Assembly (NCBI GenBank): GCA_036785375.1
Contig: JAWMAR010000700.1
Span: 248,001 to 312,000 of the forward strand
Length of the DNA stretch: 64,000 bases
DNA from: Leucoraja ocellata
Lineage: Eukaryota
Reading direction: 5' to 3'
The notes beneath the pieces were generated by a model. The model worked only from the letters and a program-made list of their open reading frames with translations, was not told the DNA's origin and did no database searches. Position numbers and translations under genes: made by a program. Of this stretch, positions 12,156 through 25,722 are shown piece by piece (positions within the stretch are counted from its first letter, which is position 1; each line of letters starts with the position of its first letter).

Positions 12156-12435
12156 CAATTTCATTTGAAATATGATTTCATCCTATATTTCACGTTATTC
12201 ACGATTAAAGCTTTAAAAATGCCAACTTTCACAAGATTTTTACCGTTAAAATCATTCCTGCCAGCTTACATCACACTTCGATCCAATGTTGTGACACAGG
12301 AACATTCTGAACTTTTCACCTCACAGGAGGGGGAGGGCGAATTGCTATAACAACACGCAGGGCAGGTGCAATTGGGGGCTACGGGTAGGGAACGGGTGCA
12401 TTGGGGGAGCAGTTGGGTCTGCTCTTGGTCTAGTA

Positions 12436-12846
12436 TGTAGTGGCCATTTGGCCTATTTTGTGTGTCATTAATTATGGCATGTGTCTTTAAATTTTAGACT
12501 GCCCGTTATTATGTGGGTGGGATTTATGACATATTCTAGGGCGTGTTTGGAGCTAGGTTTCTTATGCAGAAGCTTAGTTTTTAGTTTTAGTTTTGGACTT
12601 GCATGAGGAAGGCATACCCTTTGACCATATGAAGTGTAATGGAGACACAAGGAGTTTTCGAACATTTAAAGCGATATGCTGGAGTTCGATGAAGATTAAA
12701 GTGTACGAGTCGGAGTGTAACGTTGGTAACATATTGTTTTTCATCAACAATAAAGAATCTATTAATCAAAAGACTGTGTTATGAAGATTTATCTGTGAAG
12801 AAGCTCTGAAGGTCTCTGACGGAGAGCTCACATGCGTATTACGACA
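12436..12846 (+). mobile_element. Probable LTR (solo or orphaned)
   Basis: Termini TGTAGT...ACGACA (imperfect inverted TG..CA), AATAAA near 12749; no matching TSD or partner LTR seen. Confidence 0.55.
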
Positions 12847-13956
12847 TTCTCCTTAATCATGTAATCCACTTCGTGGCTAGAGGGAGTAATCTCTTGAACG
12901 ATATAAATATCTGCCTCTACATTAAATCAAAGGATACATCTAACGGGGGGTGAAATCCAGTCCCAGAGAGTGGGACAGAAGATTTGGCTAAGATCTCAAA
13001 AGAGGTTTTGGCCAGAAGACCGGTTCCAGCCGAGGAACTGAAGACAATAGATATCGGCCAGAGATGGCCTCAGGTCTATCAATAGCGAAGAGACTTCTGA
13101 AGATATTGATCTGATGATCTGAATACATTATCAAGAAATTGTGAGCAGATATCGACTATTATTGCTTTGAATTTTGAAGCTAAAGAGTTTAAATTTAAAA
13201 CGGCTTTTGTAAGAAGAGCCAGATGAATGAATGGAAGACACTCGCTTGGAAGATAGCCAATAAAAGTGTTTTTCCACTGTCTGGAGATATCCAGCCAATC
13301 CAACCTTGGATTGCTTTGAAGTAAAGATAAGATGAATTCCTTTTGAATTAACAACATTTTTAAGAACGTGGATGTTGTCTTCAATATCAGTTTGTTGTTG
13401 TTCTGATGAAAATGGTGACACAACAAAATTAGAGCAAATGGAACAGGACTTTGTTTGTTCAATTTAAAGACTTGGCAATCTGCCAGTACCTGATTAATCA
13501 TGGAGCAAGATGAAGAAGCCACGCCTGAGGAAACACAAGATGGCGAAGCCAAGCTTAGTCAAGGTTCCCACTCACCGCCTCCCTGACCGACCTCAGGCCC
13601 GGATCACCGAGGACGCCGACCCTCGCCACCTCACCGTTACCTCCAACTCCCCACGGGCCTCCTCCAGCCTCCTCCTCCCGCTGAATCTCTCCTGCATTTT
13701 TGTCGACCATATTGTACCATACATATTGTACCAGTACCAATTGTATCAGTTACAACACAAATTAGTACTTTAGGCAAAGTGAGAAAATAAATGTTATATT
13801 AAAAAGGAAAAACAAATACTTGCAAATAGGCTTACAAGAATCATCATCAGCCAGTTGCCCAGAAGACTGAGAGAAAGGTGGAGATATAAAGCAGGCAAAA
13901 TAATGGATAAGAAGAAGTGAGTAGCCAGGCTACCAGACCTGGTGAAATTCTTAAAC

Positions 13957-14292
13957 AAGGAAGTATCATATTGAGAATAGGGAAGATTCAAACAAGAGGA
14001 CATGACTTCAGAATTAAGGGACAGAAGTTTAGGGGTAATATGAGGGGGAACTTCTTTACGCAGAGAGTGGTGGCGGTGTGGAATGAGCTCCCAGTGGAAG
14101 TGGTGGAGGCAGGTTCATTGGTATCATTTAAAAATAAATTGGATAGGCATATGGATGAGAAGGGAATGGAGGGTTATGGTACGAGTGCAGGCAGGTGGGA
14201 CTAAGGGGAAAAAAATTTGTTCGGCATGGACTTGTAGGGCCGAGATGGCCTGTTTCCGTGCTGTAATTGTTATATGGTTATATGGTTATATA
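13957..14292 (+). mobile_element. CR1 3' fragment, different subfamily
   Basis: TRGHDFRI..FFTQRVVAVWNELP peptide; (TATATGGT)n tail. Confidence 0.9.
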
Positions 14293-14384
14293 TGGTATGG
14301 TGCATGTTAGAGCCGCACCACGGGACTATTGAAGATCATAATCCAATTGCAACTAATAAAGGTTCTATCTTTACCAAAACCGAA

Positions 14385-14611
14385 CTCTGGAATTCTCTGC
14401 CACAGAAAGTAGTTGACGCCAGTTCATTGGCTATATTTAAGAGGGAGTTAGATGTGGCCCTTGTGGCTAAAGGGATCAGGGGGCATGGAGAGAAGGCAGG
14501 TACAGGATACCGAGTTGGATGATCAGCCATGATCATATTGAATGGCGGTGCAGGCTCGAAGGGCCGAACGGCCTACTCCTGCACCTATTTTCTATGTTTC
14601 TATGTTTCTAT
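14385..14611 (+). mobile_element. CR1 3' fragment
   Basis: Near-identical to 2257-2480; (TTTCTATG)n tail. Confidence 0.95.
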
Positions 14612-16062
14612 GAAGAAATATCAGAACCTATGAGAGGTAGTTTTGCTACCACAACCATACCTGTGGAAACGACATATGGAATTAAAGGAAATGTATCTAC
14701 TAACAAGCAAATTGTATTTTGTTTGTTATGTGATGAAGTTGGTCACACCATAAGATGGTGTTGAAGATTCAGGATGAAAGAATATGAAGAAAATATGGAT
14801 TTCTTGAAAGAGAAGGGAATCTGTTTTGGATGTTTGAAAAAAAGGACATATGGTGAGAGACTGTAAGACTCCTATAATTTGTCATAAGTGCAGGCAACAC
14901 CATCCTGATGCACTTCATACAGAAAATAACACACCAGAGCATTGGGAAGAGCAAGAACTAGAACAAATAGATAAAGAATTATCAGAGGAAATAGAAGAGG
15001 AGGAACCGAAGCAAACGGAACAGAAGGAGAAGCCAACTACTAGTGCTGCATTGTAATTTAAACAAATTGAATTTGCTATTTAGGTGCTTTTTGAAATGAA
15101 TTTCTGCCTTAAAGGATTTGCAAGGTGACATCTGATTATTTTAGTCAGCAATAATACCATGGTAATCTGGACAAAAAGCTACAGAAAGATAGAGAAGGAA
15201 GCCGTTGGGAGGAACAAGCCTGTTCCAGTACTTTGGCAGAATTATGTTATTATTTCCACCTCATTGCTCTTTTGCCTAACACTGGGGAGGAGGATACCCT
15301 CCAAGATTTTAATCAAAGTACTTATCGAAGTCGCTACTGAACTAGCTTCCACCATCCTTTTAAGCAACATTTCACTGCCTATATATTTCCTAACACCATC
15401 ACTACTTTTGGTTTTAATCACCTTTGCTTGTCTTTTCCTATGCCACTGAAAACAATATTTACTGTGCATTTTCCATCAAAAGAACTTCATTATTTTGAAC
15501 ATGAAATTTTCTGTTAGTGTCATCTTGGAATGGCCTCTTGCCCTTTTCTTTTGTAATGGAAGAATTTTTTCACTTCTAATGAAGATTTCTTTTACAATCA
15601 TTGACAATCAATTGGATATTTTGAGAACAGTTTAGAGGATAACTAAATTACCTCTATTGTTGAAATAAAGGAAAGAGCAATTCGACCCGAGAAATTTAAA
15701 CCTAGCACGCTGGCTAACAAGCTCCCGTCCAGGCCTGCCATTGCGGTCCACGCTTCCTTCAGGAAGCAGACATCAAATTATTGTGTCCTCAAATGTGATC
15801 TCCATACAAGACCCATCACAACTCGTATCTATTCAGCAACAATAAACCATAACATGAGCAATTCCTTTCAAGCATCAGACAAATGTCTAAAGTCTTGAGC
15901 AAGATGAACATTTTCACTCCTTCCAATGAAAAAGAAGACAACAGCATGAGAAGTGTCAGCATTTCTGGTGAGTCAACTTTCCAACATGTTTAAAGATGTC
16001 AGCTTTCTGGCCATTCATTTCCCTACCATCACCCAATTACATACTGCTAAGTTCATGAATAC

Positions 16063-16420
16063 ATAGAGACATGCAGAGGTACATCATGGAAACTGGCCTG
16101 TTGGCCCACCAAGTCAATGTCGACCATCAACTATCCATTTCAAATAATCCTACATTATTTATTCATCCCAGTTTTTCCTTTCCTCCACATTTTATCAACT
16201 CCTACAGATGTGACCATTCACTAAGACACTAAGATTTGACAACTTACATTTGCCAATTAACCTACTGACCTGCATGTCTTTTTGATATGGGAGGAAACCT
16301 GAGCACAAGGAGGAAAACCATGTAGTCACGGGAAGAATGTTCATACTCCACAGAAGCAGAACCAAAGGTCAGGATTGAATTCAGGTCGCTGAAGCTGTGG
16401 GGCAGCTGCTCCATCAACTG
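16063..16420 (-). mobile_element. tRNA-derived V-SINE/HE1-like SINE, old copy
   Basis: Similar to 50674-50970 (head, central core, CR1-like tail). Confidence 0.75.
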
Positions 16421-16549
16421 CCAATTACATCACTCAATAAAGTAACTAGGCAAATAAAATCATGCACAATAATGCGGGTAACAACCTTCATTCAGCAGAT
16501 CCATTATGTTATATTGTCTCCTGTGATGTGCATAATCACTAACATACTA

Positions 16550-16721
16550 AATGGCCTGTCCTACTTGGCGATTTTGAACATTTCAAAATCCAGCGGTGAC
16601 CAAAAAAATGTTGCGACACTTGAGGAAACACCGCACGTCACTTGACTTTTTCGGAGACCTGATACGTCAGTCAATGATGCTGACAGTCGCCGAAAAAAAT
16701 CGGCAAGTGGGACAGGCCCTT
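16550..16721. mobile_element. MITE with AAGGGCCTGTCCCACTT-type TIRs
   Basis: aatggcctgtcctacttg...caagtgggacaggccctt flanked by TA on both sides. Confidence 0.85.
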
Positions 16722-17962
16722 TATTGTCCATGCCCAGTTTAGCTGCAGTAGTCTATCAGATTAAGAGTTCTGAGATTTTGCACCAATGGTGTTGAAACAA
16801 TGGCAAAGGAACAATATGTAGATTCAAGTTGAATTTCTCGGGTTTTCTTAGTCTTCGTGCAGCTAAGCAATGAAGTGAATTATGAAAAGCATTGTCCAAG
16901 ATACCTCAACAAGTTGCAGCAGTGCATTGCAGAAGGTATTACCACACTATGGTGCACTGATGGTGAAAGAAGCAAGTATTTGAAGGTGGATGAGCTGCTA
17001 ATTACATAGATTATATGGTCCTGGACATCTTGAGTACAGTGGAAATTATTCCATCACCCTTCTGATTTTGAGAAGGAAGATTCTTGAATTATCATCTGCA
17101 TCTACGAGCATATAATTTCCCTGGAGAACCATGAAGGGACATGGATTGGAAGTTCAATAATGTTGGGGGATTTGCTCAAATTTTGAAACTGAACTGGAAA
17201 ACCCCAGATTAAAACAAAATAACCAATAACCAATCTACATTGATAGAAAAATATCTCAAAGCATAGACAACGGATATGAAGGCTCCAATGGTTTGAAATT
17301 TCTCAATACATTGAGAAATCTTGAACTGAATGCTGTTTTTTATATAACCAGAGGCAAAAATAAAATAATGAGTAATGTAGGAAAAAAATACACAAAATCT
17401 CACTGACCTAATCACATCACACATAACTTCAGAAATCAGTTTGTGCTTTGTAAACAATGTCTGCATAATGTCTTTATACAACAAAAATAATTAACTTGAA
17501 TTCTGAGAATGTCCAGAGGATGTGAAAGGTACATAAATCCTTTGATATTCTACTCATGAAATGCGAGACTTTTCATTACACAAGCGCATCACAAAATCAT
17601 TAGCTGCTCTCAACAACATAAGCCTCTTTCTTTTGTTGTTTTTGTCAAACTGAATTAGTTCAAAATCATCAGGCTCCAACTGATCTCAACTGATTACTGA
17701 GATATTATTGTTTGAGCGTTCCATAAAAGTCTATCTAGTTTGCTCTCCCCAGATATCACTGGTGATTACAGCTTTTGAAAGGGATAACGATATATGAAAA
17801 ACATCTAGCAGTTCCTTTATTGTTTTGCGAAACAAAAGAAAATAATGCCACAGTATCTGCATTACTAATGATTGGGCATTATTTGCACAAAGCACAATGA
17901 ATTAATTCAATTTAATGATGAAAATATTCTAAAGTATTATTTATTTGACTTCTCCGACTATC

Positions 17963-18412
17963 TGGAAAGACTGGATAGACTCGGCTTGTACTCGCTAGAA
18001 TTTAGAAGATTGAGGGGGGGATCTTATAGAAACTTACAAAATTCTCAAAGTTAGACAGGCTAGATGCAGGAAGATTGTTCCCGATGTTGGGGGAATCCAG
18101 AACACGAGGTCACAGTTTAAGGATAAGGGGGAAGTCTTTTAGGGCCGAGATGAGAAAAACATTTTTCACACAGAGAGTGGTGAATCTGTGGAATTCTCTG
18201 CCACAGAAGGTAGTTGAGGCCAGTTCATTGGCTATATTTAAGAGGGAGTTAGATGTGGCCTTTGTGGGTAAAGGGATCAGGGGGTATGGATAGAAGGCAG
18301 GTACAGGATACTGAGTTGGATGATCAGCCATGATCATATTGAATGGCGGTGCAGGCTCGAAGGGCCGAATGGCTTACTCCTGCACCTATTTTCTATGTTT
18401 CTATGTTTCTAT
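17963..18412 (+). mobile_element. CR1 3' fragment
   Basis: Near-identical to 2035-2480. Confidence 0.95.
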
Positions 18413-19265
18413 CGGCTAAGTTGAAATAAGTTAAAAGCTATATTGTAAACTGAGCCGAGGGAGACGTTAGTTGGGCAAGCCTCACCTTTACTGTTTGCAG
18501 GGAAATTTACTGGAAGAAAAGGCAAAAATTATAGCACACAGAAGACATTACTTATTTTTTAGTTTGCAGTTTTCTTTTGGTTTCAAATTGGTATCAGAGC
18601 AGAAGCATGATGGAAAACAAAAAGACTATAAAATTAAAAATTTGTTCATGGAAGATTAGAACGGCAATTTGGTACCATGCCACAACACACATCATAAATA
18701 GGTCAAATTCACAGATTATTCCTACAGATCATATATTTTCCCTAACCGACTACACAACATTGAAATCCAATTATCTCTTCAACCCTCATTACACAGTCTG
18801 TGTATGCAAAGATAATTCCATACAGTTGTGGAAAATTAAATGCAAGATCATGCAAAACATTAGTTTGCAGTGGCAATTTTCAGATGTTCTTACCTAGTAC
18901 ACCTGAGCCTTTTGAATTTTTTTTTAAATGATTCGTCACGTGTAGTGACCTTGGCATTAAAAATTACCAACAGATGTAGCAGGGACCATAACAAGGTTTA
19001 TTATGTATGTGGATCGTGGAGTTGAAAACGCTTGGGTACATCAGGAGAATTATATGATATCTAGTCACCTCTTTCTAGTGCAGTCCCTCAGAACTCAGGA
19101 TGACACATCAAATCTAGTTCAGTGGGATCAATGATGATTGAATGGACAATTGTGGGACCATTAGCCAAGCTAGAAGTGTACAATTAGGTAGACAAGTGTG
19201 CGATTTGCAAGGTAGTGCATTCCTTCTACTATGGAACCTCGACTTCCTCATCGGAAGAGCACAAT

Positions 19266-20338
19266 CATAGAAACATAGAAACATAGAAAATAAGTGCAGG
19301 AGGAGGCCATTCGGCCCTTCGAGCCAGCACCACCATTCATTCCTATCATGGCTGATCGTCCCCTATCAATAATCCATGCCTGCCTTCTCCCCATATCCTT
19401 TGACCCCACTAGCCCCCAGAGCTCTATCTAACTCTCTCTTAAATCCATCCAGTGATTTGGCCTCCACTGCCCTCTGTGGCAGGGAATTCCACAAACTCAC
19501 AACTCTCTGGGTGAAAAAGTTTTTCTCACCTCAGTCTTAAATGACCTCCCCTTTATTCTAAGACTGTGGCCCTTGGTTCTGGACTCACCCAACATTGGGG
19601 AAATTTTTCCTGCATCTAGCTTGTCCTGTCCTTTTATAATTTCATATGTTTCTTTAAGATTCCCCCCTCATACTTCTAAACTCCAGTTAATACAAGCCTA
19701 GTCTTTTCAATCTTTCCTCATATGACAGTCCCGCCATCCCAGGGATCAATCTCGTGAACCTACGCTGCACTGCCTCAATCACAAGGATGTCCTTCCTCAA
19801 ATTAGGAGACCAAAACTGTACACAATACTCCAGATGTGGTCTCACCAGAACCCTATACAACTGCAGAAGAACATCTTTACTCCTATACTGAAATCCTCTT
19901 GTTATGAAGGCCAACATTCAATTAGCTTTCTTCACTGCCTGCTGTACCTGCACGTCAACTTTCAGTGACCGGTGTACAAGGACACCCAGGTCTCTCTGTA
20001 CCTTTACCCTTTCCTAACCTAACCCCATTGAGATAATAATCTGCCCCCTTGTTTTTGCCACCAAAGTGGATAACCTCACATTATATTATACATCTATATT
20101 ATACTGCATCTGCCACGCATCTGCCCACTCACTCAACCTGTCCAGGTCACCCTGCACCTTCCTAACATCCTCTTCACAGTTCACACTGCCACCCAGCTTT
20201 GTGTCATCCGCAAACTTGATAGTGTTGCTCCTAATTCCCTCTTCCAAATCATTAATATATATGGTAAACAGTTGCGGCCCCAACACCGAGCCTTGCAGCA
20301 CTCCACTCGTCACTGCCTGCCATTCTGAAAAGGACCCG
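19266..20338 (-). mobile_element. CR1 5'-truncated copy
   Basis: Minus-strand [33 protein letters not shown]; (CATAGAAA)n at the left end. Confidence 0.95.
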
Positions 20339-20387
20339 TAAATCAGTACGAATTAGCAACACTTCAGCCTCAATGACCATCAGCAAA

Positions 20388-21345
20388 TGGGCACCTCAAG
20401 GCTGTGGGCTCAATCTTCTTTTCTACTCTCTCTATATTTATGACTGTAGCCAGACACAGCTCTAATGCCATGAAAGTCACCAACAACACTGCTGTTGTGT
20501 AACTGTAATGAAGAATCAAAAAACTGGAGAGAGATAGATAATTTGGTTGAGTAATGCCAGACAACAATCATGCTTTTAACATTAGCAAGAGCAAGTAGCT
20601 AACAGTCGACTTCAGGAAGGGAAAGCTGAGGATCCATGAACCTGCACTAATTGATGAGACAAAGGTAGAGAATGTCAACAACATCAAGTTCCTGGCATGC
20701 ATATCTCTGAATTTCCATCCTGGGTCCATCAAATTGTGATCTCATCACAAAGAATGCTCATCGACACCTCTACATCCTTAAAAGATTGAGGGGCTTTGGC
20801 ACTTCATCAAATACTCCATCAAACATCCACAGGTGGACATTAGAGGGCATATTGGCTGGTTGCATCACAGCTTGGTTCAGCAACTTGATCACTTAAGAAC
20901 AAAGGAGGCTGCAAAAAGAAGTGGACATTGCCAAGTCGACCACATGTATTGATGTCCCAAACATTGAAGAGATCAACAGCAAGCATTGCCTCAAAAATGC
21001 ATTTAAGACACGCACCATCATAGCTATGCTCCCATCTTGCTACTACCATTGGGAGCCTGAAAACCGTGACTTCCAGCTTCTTCACAGCAACCATCAGGCT
21101 CTTGAACCGTATTCCACGACCTTGAATATAACCATATTACTGAACCTACCTCAGCAACAATCTACTCAACTTTATTTTGGTTGCACCATGTATTTTAGTT
21201 TGCAATATTGTGGTCTACTACAACTGATAATTTACGTAGTACAACTGATAATTTATTGCATTATTGATTATTGTACACTTATTTGTTGCGTTGCTGCAGC
21301 AAGTAAGAATGTATTTGTTCCACTCCCTGTGCATATGACAATTTA
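20388..21345 (+). mobile_element. Old Rex1/Babar-like LINE 3' fragment
   Basis: Collinear, diverged similarity to the reverse complement of 10630-11500. Confidence 0.7.
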
Positions 21346-21698
21346 ATACTCTGGTCCCTTGTTTTGCCTTTTGTTCACATTGGGACATTGTGTATTCCAA
21401 TATTTCTCTAATGTTTTGTGTTCTCCAATGCATGGAATAGAGGTCCTCAATACAATCCCCAATGCTCATTATCCATTTTAATTGTCTCAGGTCCAAGGAT
21501 CTCCAAGATTCGGGGTGGGAGAAGGTGGGGTTGGGGTGTTTTTCTTCCATTTTCATGGAACCTTTGAGCAGATCCTTGAATTGTTTCCTTGATTTGCTCA
21601 ATAATCTCTTCCCATGAAGGTGTTCAGAATAGTCCACTGGATGAAAAGATCTCTCATTTCTACTGTGAATGAGTTGCAGCAATCGCTGGAGTATTCTA

Positions 21699-22247
21699 AA
21701 GGGCCTGTCCCACTTGGGCGACCTAATCCGCGAATTCTGGCGAGTTTGCATATTCATACTCGCAGCATGGTCGACACGAGGTCGTAGGAGGTCTTTGTAA
21801 CTCTCCTTCATTCTTGACAGAAGTCCCCGTCTATTCGAGGCCTCAGCTAGGTTGCAGCATATTTTTCAACGTTGAAAAATGCCCGCGAGTAAAAAACGTC
21901 GCCATGGAAATAAATCAATATTTTTTTTACTCGTAGGTTTAGTCGTATTAGGTCGTAGTAGCTCGTAGTAGGTCGGCATGTTAGTCATAGGTAGTCGAGG
22001 GTAATCAAAGGTAGTCGTAGATAGTCTTCATCATAGTCGAAGGGAGGTCGAAGGAGATCGAAGGAGGTCGTCTTCACTCTCCATTATTCGGTGTCCAATT
22101 TTCCCGAAGTTAGTCATAGCTAGTCTTCAACATAGTGGAAGGAGGTCGAAGGAGGTCTTTTACATATTCGAAGGTGGTATTCAACATGACATATTTTCAA
22201 ACTCTCCAAAACTCATCAATTAGGTCGCCCAAGTGGGACAGCCTCTT
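21699..22247. mobile_element. MITE (same TIR family) with GTCGTAG-rich internal repeats
   Basis: TIR core CCCACTTGGGCGACCTAAT / ATTAGGTCGCCCAAGTGGG is a perfect inverted match. Confidence 0.9.
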
Positions 22248-24254
22248 AATTGATTTGGTGCACATCCTCAGCCTAGGGAAGGATAGAGGGAAAACATCTC
22301 TTGATTTAGATGTCATGTTGACAGTCAGGTTCACATCCTTGAAAGTAGTCTTGATCTTTGAAAGCTTCTCCTTAATAGTCCAAATACTCATGTACTTGAG
22401 GCAGTGTTAAATGACATTATCCACGGAGGTAAGAGCCACATTGGAAGTCATCAACAGATGACAATCACCATGAAATGCAGTGCAATGGAGTGATAGGAAT
22501 ATGGAACCTAACCGTAGTGAGTGGTTGAAGCATTTAAAGCATGCTGGACGTATATGTGCTGGAGAAGAACAGATGCATTTTGCTGATAGATGTAAAAGGA
22601 AAGACCAACATGGATTGGTTGGACTAAATGGCTCCATTGTTGCATACGTCCTGTGTAATCTTATGAAAATCAAGTGGTGGGCCCTCTTCGTAAACCACTT
22701 CAAAGCTATGAAGATATCCTTTGATAGGTAGGGTTTCGTGTTTTCCTGAGGCTGCAATCTTTCTTGTGGGAGAAGTTGTTGATTTGGAAATCTTGGAGAG
22801 TTGGTGCATTGTGTTTTGGTGATAGTGTAGAAATGTGACCACATGTCGCTGGTGGATCATGTGAATGTTTAGGAATGTTAGCTGTAGATCTAGGAAAGTT
22901 TTGTAAATTGGAGTCAAATCAATGGTAACAGAATACCCAGCCCCTGACCTGCTCACAGTATTTATGTGACTGCCGCGGATACACTTTGACAGTGAGAAAT
23001 TTGGCAATGTTAATGTTGTTAAACTTTAAGGAATGGGTGGGGAATTGGTTGAACACTCTCTCTTTCCCAGTCACTCGTTTCTGCATCAGGAACACTCAAA
23101 ATATTGGAATGACATTTTATAGTGTTTATGTAGAGTACTGTTAAAGCAACTAAAATCCAACATATAGTTCAGTAACACATGACAATGATGTATTGGAAAA
23201 TATTCACACTAACAGAAAGTAATATCATGCATTTAAGAAACATCCACGGTGGGCTGAATTGCTACTTATGCAGCATTAAAGTGCGATACACCGATATATC
23301 TACAGCACATTCCAGATACTTCATAAACCTCACAGGAACCGCGTAGTTCCATCATAATAGTAACCGGGTGAATGAACAAGCCCAAGTTCAAACTGTGAAT
23401 TATTGGTCTAAATTCACCTTCTGTATGGACTCGGATATCCACATCCACAGTCTTCTGTAAACAACCTGGCAATTGTATTGATCTTCATGTTCAATAAATA
23501 CTTGAAAATATCCCATCAATTTCCCCATAAATAACTAAACGCACGAGTGCTAATGATTTTAGCAACCTTCTTGAAATAATTAGTGATCTAAGGGTAATGG
23601 CACCAAACTATTTTTAACAGCGTAATCATCTTAATGCAGACACTGCAATATGTACAGCTGAAGTGAAGAGTTCAACTGAACAACCTGCTAACCATGTTGA
23701 TCATGAATACACAACAATTTCAAATTAAAAAAAATAGTTGAACACATTAAAGCACAGGCATGAAGTCAACCTCACTAAACCTAGCCGCCAAAGCTAGATT
23801 AAAAACAGTGGTCGCAATTTTTTACTTCAGAATGAAGGACAGCTTTCTCTGTTCACGAAGAAATCTGAACCTTGACAGAAAAAAATATTTTGGGATTGAG
23901 CCAGAATTTCAAGCTACGCTGTTGGCTTGGGTTTAATAACTTTAATGATTCAGATTGTGTTTGGAGTTCACCAAGATAAAGGATTAAATTTACTCAAACT
24001 CTGCAAAGTTCTAAAATAAAGCAAATTGATTCCAATCTCATTAATACTGCAAGGTCACATTAAATTTCACATCTGTGTAAACTATTATCACCTTCCATGT
24101 ATAAAGCAAAATATTGCTACAGAACATGCCTGGATATAAAGGTTATAACCCTGCAATGGGACTGCAGAACAGAAAAAAGCCACAGCATTTGTACTTGTGC
24201 CATCCCCCCCACCCCCCAAAAAAATTTACTCGAAACATTTTATCACTCACATGC

Positions 24255-24470
24255 ACATCGACTCCACCTTCCTTCACCCACCACATTTGGGCAGGTGATC
24301 AGAGCCAATTAACCTACTAACCAGCATGCGAGGGGAAACTAGCACATCTAGGAAAACCCAAAAAAATTATAGAGATACCTGTAATGTGAAAACTCTAGAG
24401 GGATAAGAATCAAACTGTTTCAATGGAGCTGTGAGGCAGTGGCACTACATGCTTATCTACAGTGCCACCC
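24255..24470 (-). mobile_element. Old V-SINE/HE1-like SINE
   Basis: gccaattaaccta...gagctgtgaggcagtggcactac..gtgccaccc, similar to 50674-50970. Confidence 0.65.
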
Positions 24471-24631
24471 CCGTGTCAACTTCCACCCTCCAGCTTAATT
24501 CTGAAGGCTGACAAAACTACTAACAGTCTTGAAAGTTAAAATGTAAAAACTTGTCACCTGAATCAGAGTGATGCAAGCATTTTTCCCAACATGACATGAG
24601 ACATGTATATACAAAACAATCTAATAATCCA

Positions 24632-24734
24632 TCAGTCTGAAGAAGGGAACCTGCCCGAAACACCACTTATCCGTGTTCTCCTGACTCAGTGTTGCCTGAC
24701 CCACTGAGTTACTCCAGCACTTTGTGCCTGTTTT
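24632..24734 (+). mobile_element. Short Penelope-derived insertion beginning at a decayed hammerhead motif
   Basis: cagt CTGAAGA A GGG..CCC GAAAC; TSD AATCTAATA(A/G)TCCA at 24618-24631 and 24735-24748. Confidence 0.8.
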
Positions 24735-25140
24735 AATCTAATAGTCCAGTCTGCATTTCTTCATATTGAAGATAAAAGAAACAAACAAGATACAATTAGA
24801 TTAATGAGCTCTATAATTGGGTTCTCTCTAATGTAAAGAGGTACACATTAGTTCTTCTTTTGGGAATTCATCCTACATTTCTATTGTAATGTTCTTTTGT
24901 CAACTACTGTTTCAGACCCATTTTACTTTGCAGCTACTATTGGCTCTGCTATCATGCACATTTAAAGTTCCCATTTTATATCTTGAGTATACGTACTGCA
25001 TTGAATCCATGCTATCAATGTACCTGCAATGTACCAGTTACTGAAGCCACATATTCTAGAGTCCGTAGATTTCCTTGCCATTTTCATGAAATATTACAGA
25101 TGAACAGAGTAGGCACTAATATGTTAAGTGCCCAGGACCA

Positions 25141-25722
25141 GCCAGGACTTCAGCTTCGGCGGCGGCTCAGCGCTGATGGAGTGGGCGATGCCTTACCCGG
25201 GTCACCGTGCGGTAAGCTCCAGAGTGCTGTGACCGCCGACTCCAACATCGCGGAGCTGCAGTCTGCGGAGCTTTCAGCCACGGGCAGCGCTGAGCTTTAA
25301 ACACTGCGGAGCCTGGGATCTCACGACGAGGTCGCCAGTCGGAGCTCCGACCAGCGCGGCCCGTGGACTTCGGGAGCCGCGGTCTCCGGGGAGGAAGCGG
25401 CCGCTCCAGACACTCCGAGCCGCTGAGGAGTGTTCCCCCAACGCCAGAGCTTCATCATCCGGCGAGAGGGCCTGAAGCATCGGGCTGCCGTAACGGCGAC
25501 TGCGGAGGCCTCAATAGGCCTGACTATGGGTGAACAGGGGTCAGGACTGGACTTTTGATGCCTTCCCTCACAGTGGGAAATATTGTGGGGGGATGTTTTT
25601 ATGTTTACTGTTAAATTCTTGATGTTGTGTCTTATCTTTATTTGTGTGCTGCAATGGCAAGTCAAATTTCACTACACCAATTGTTGTATGTGATATTATA
25701 TGTCCTTTGTATCCTTTTGTAT
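25141..25722 (+). mobile_element. Non-coding GC-rich retroposon with LINE-like tail
   Basis: Highly similar to the reverse complement of 38084-38680; ends gtcctttgtatccttttg. Confidence 0.8.

Larger units (their letters stand above)
9887..12433 (+). mobile_element. Non-autonomous Helitron, unit 3, interrupted by CR1 and Rex1 inserts
   Basis: 5' TACTTATTAAAAGTCTGATCTTG like units 1-2; 3' GAGCAG..CTGCTC TTGGT CTAG (12430-12433) then T. Confidence 0.7.
13830..15056 (+). pseudogene. BEL/Pao LTR retrotransposon gag remnant interrupted by two CR1 tails
   Basis: RIIISQLPRRLRERW at about 13837-13885; triple zinc knuckle CLLC..GH....C / CFGCLKKGHMVRDC / CHKCRQHHPDALH at about 14720-14920, typical of BEL Gag. 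Confidence 0.8.

Noticed and set aside
21218-21811. 197-aa minus-strand ORF
   Set aside because: Crosses a MITE end and LINE debris; chimeric by chance.
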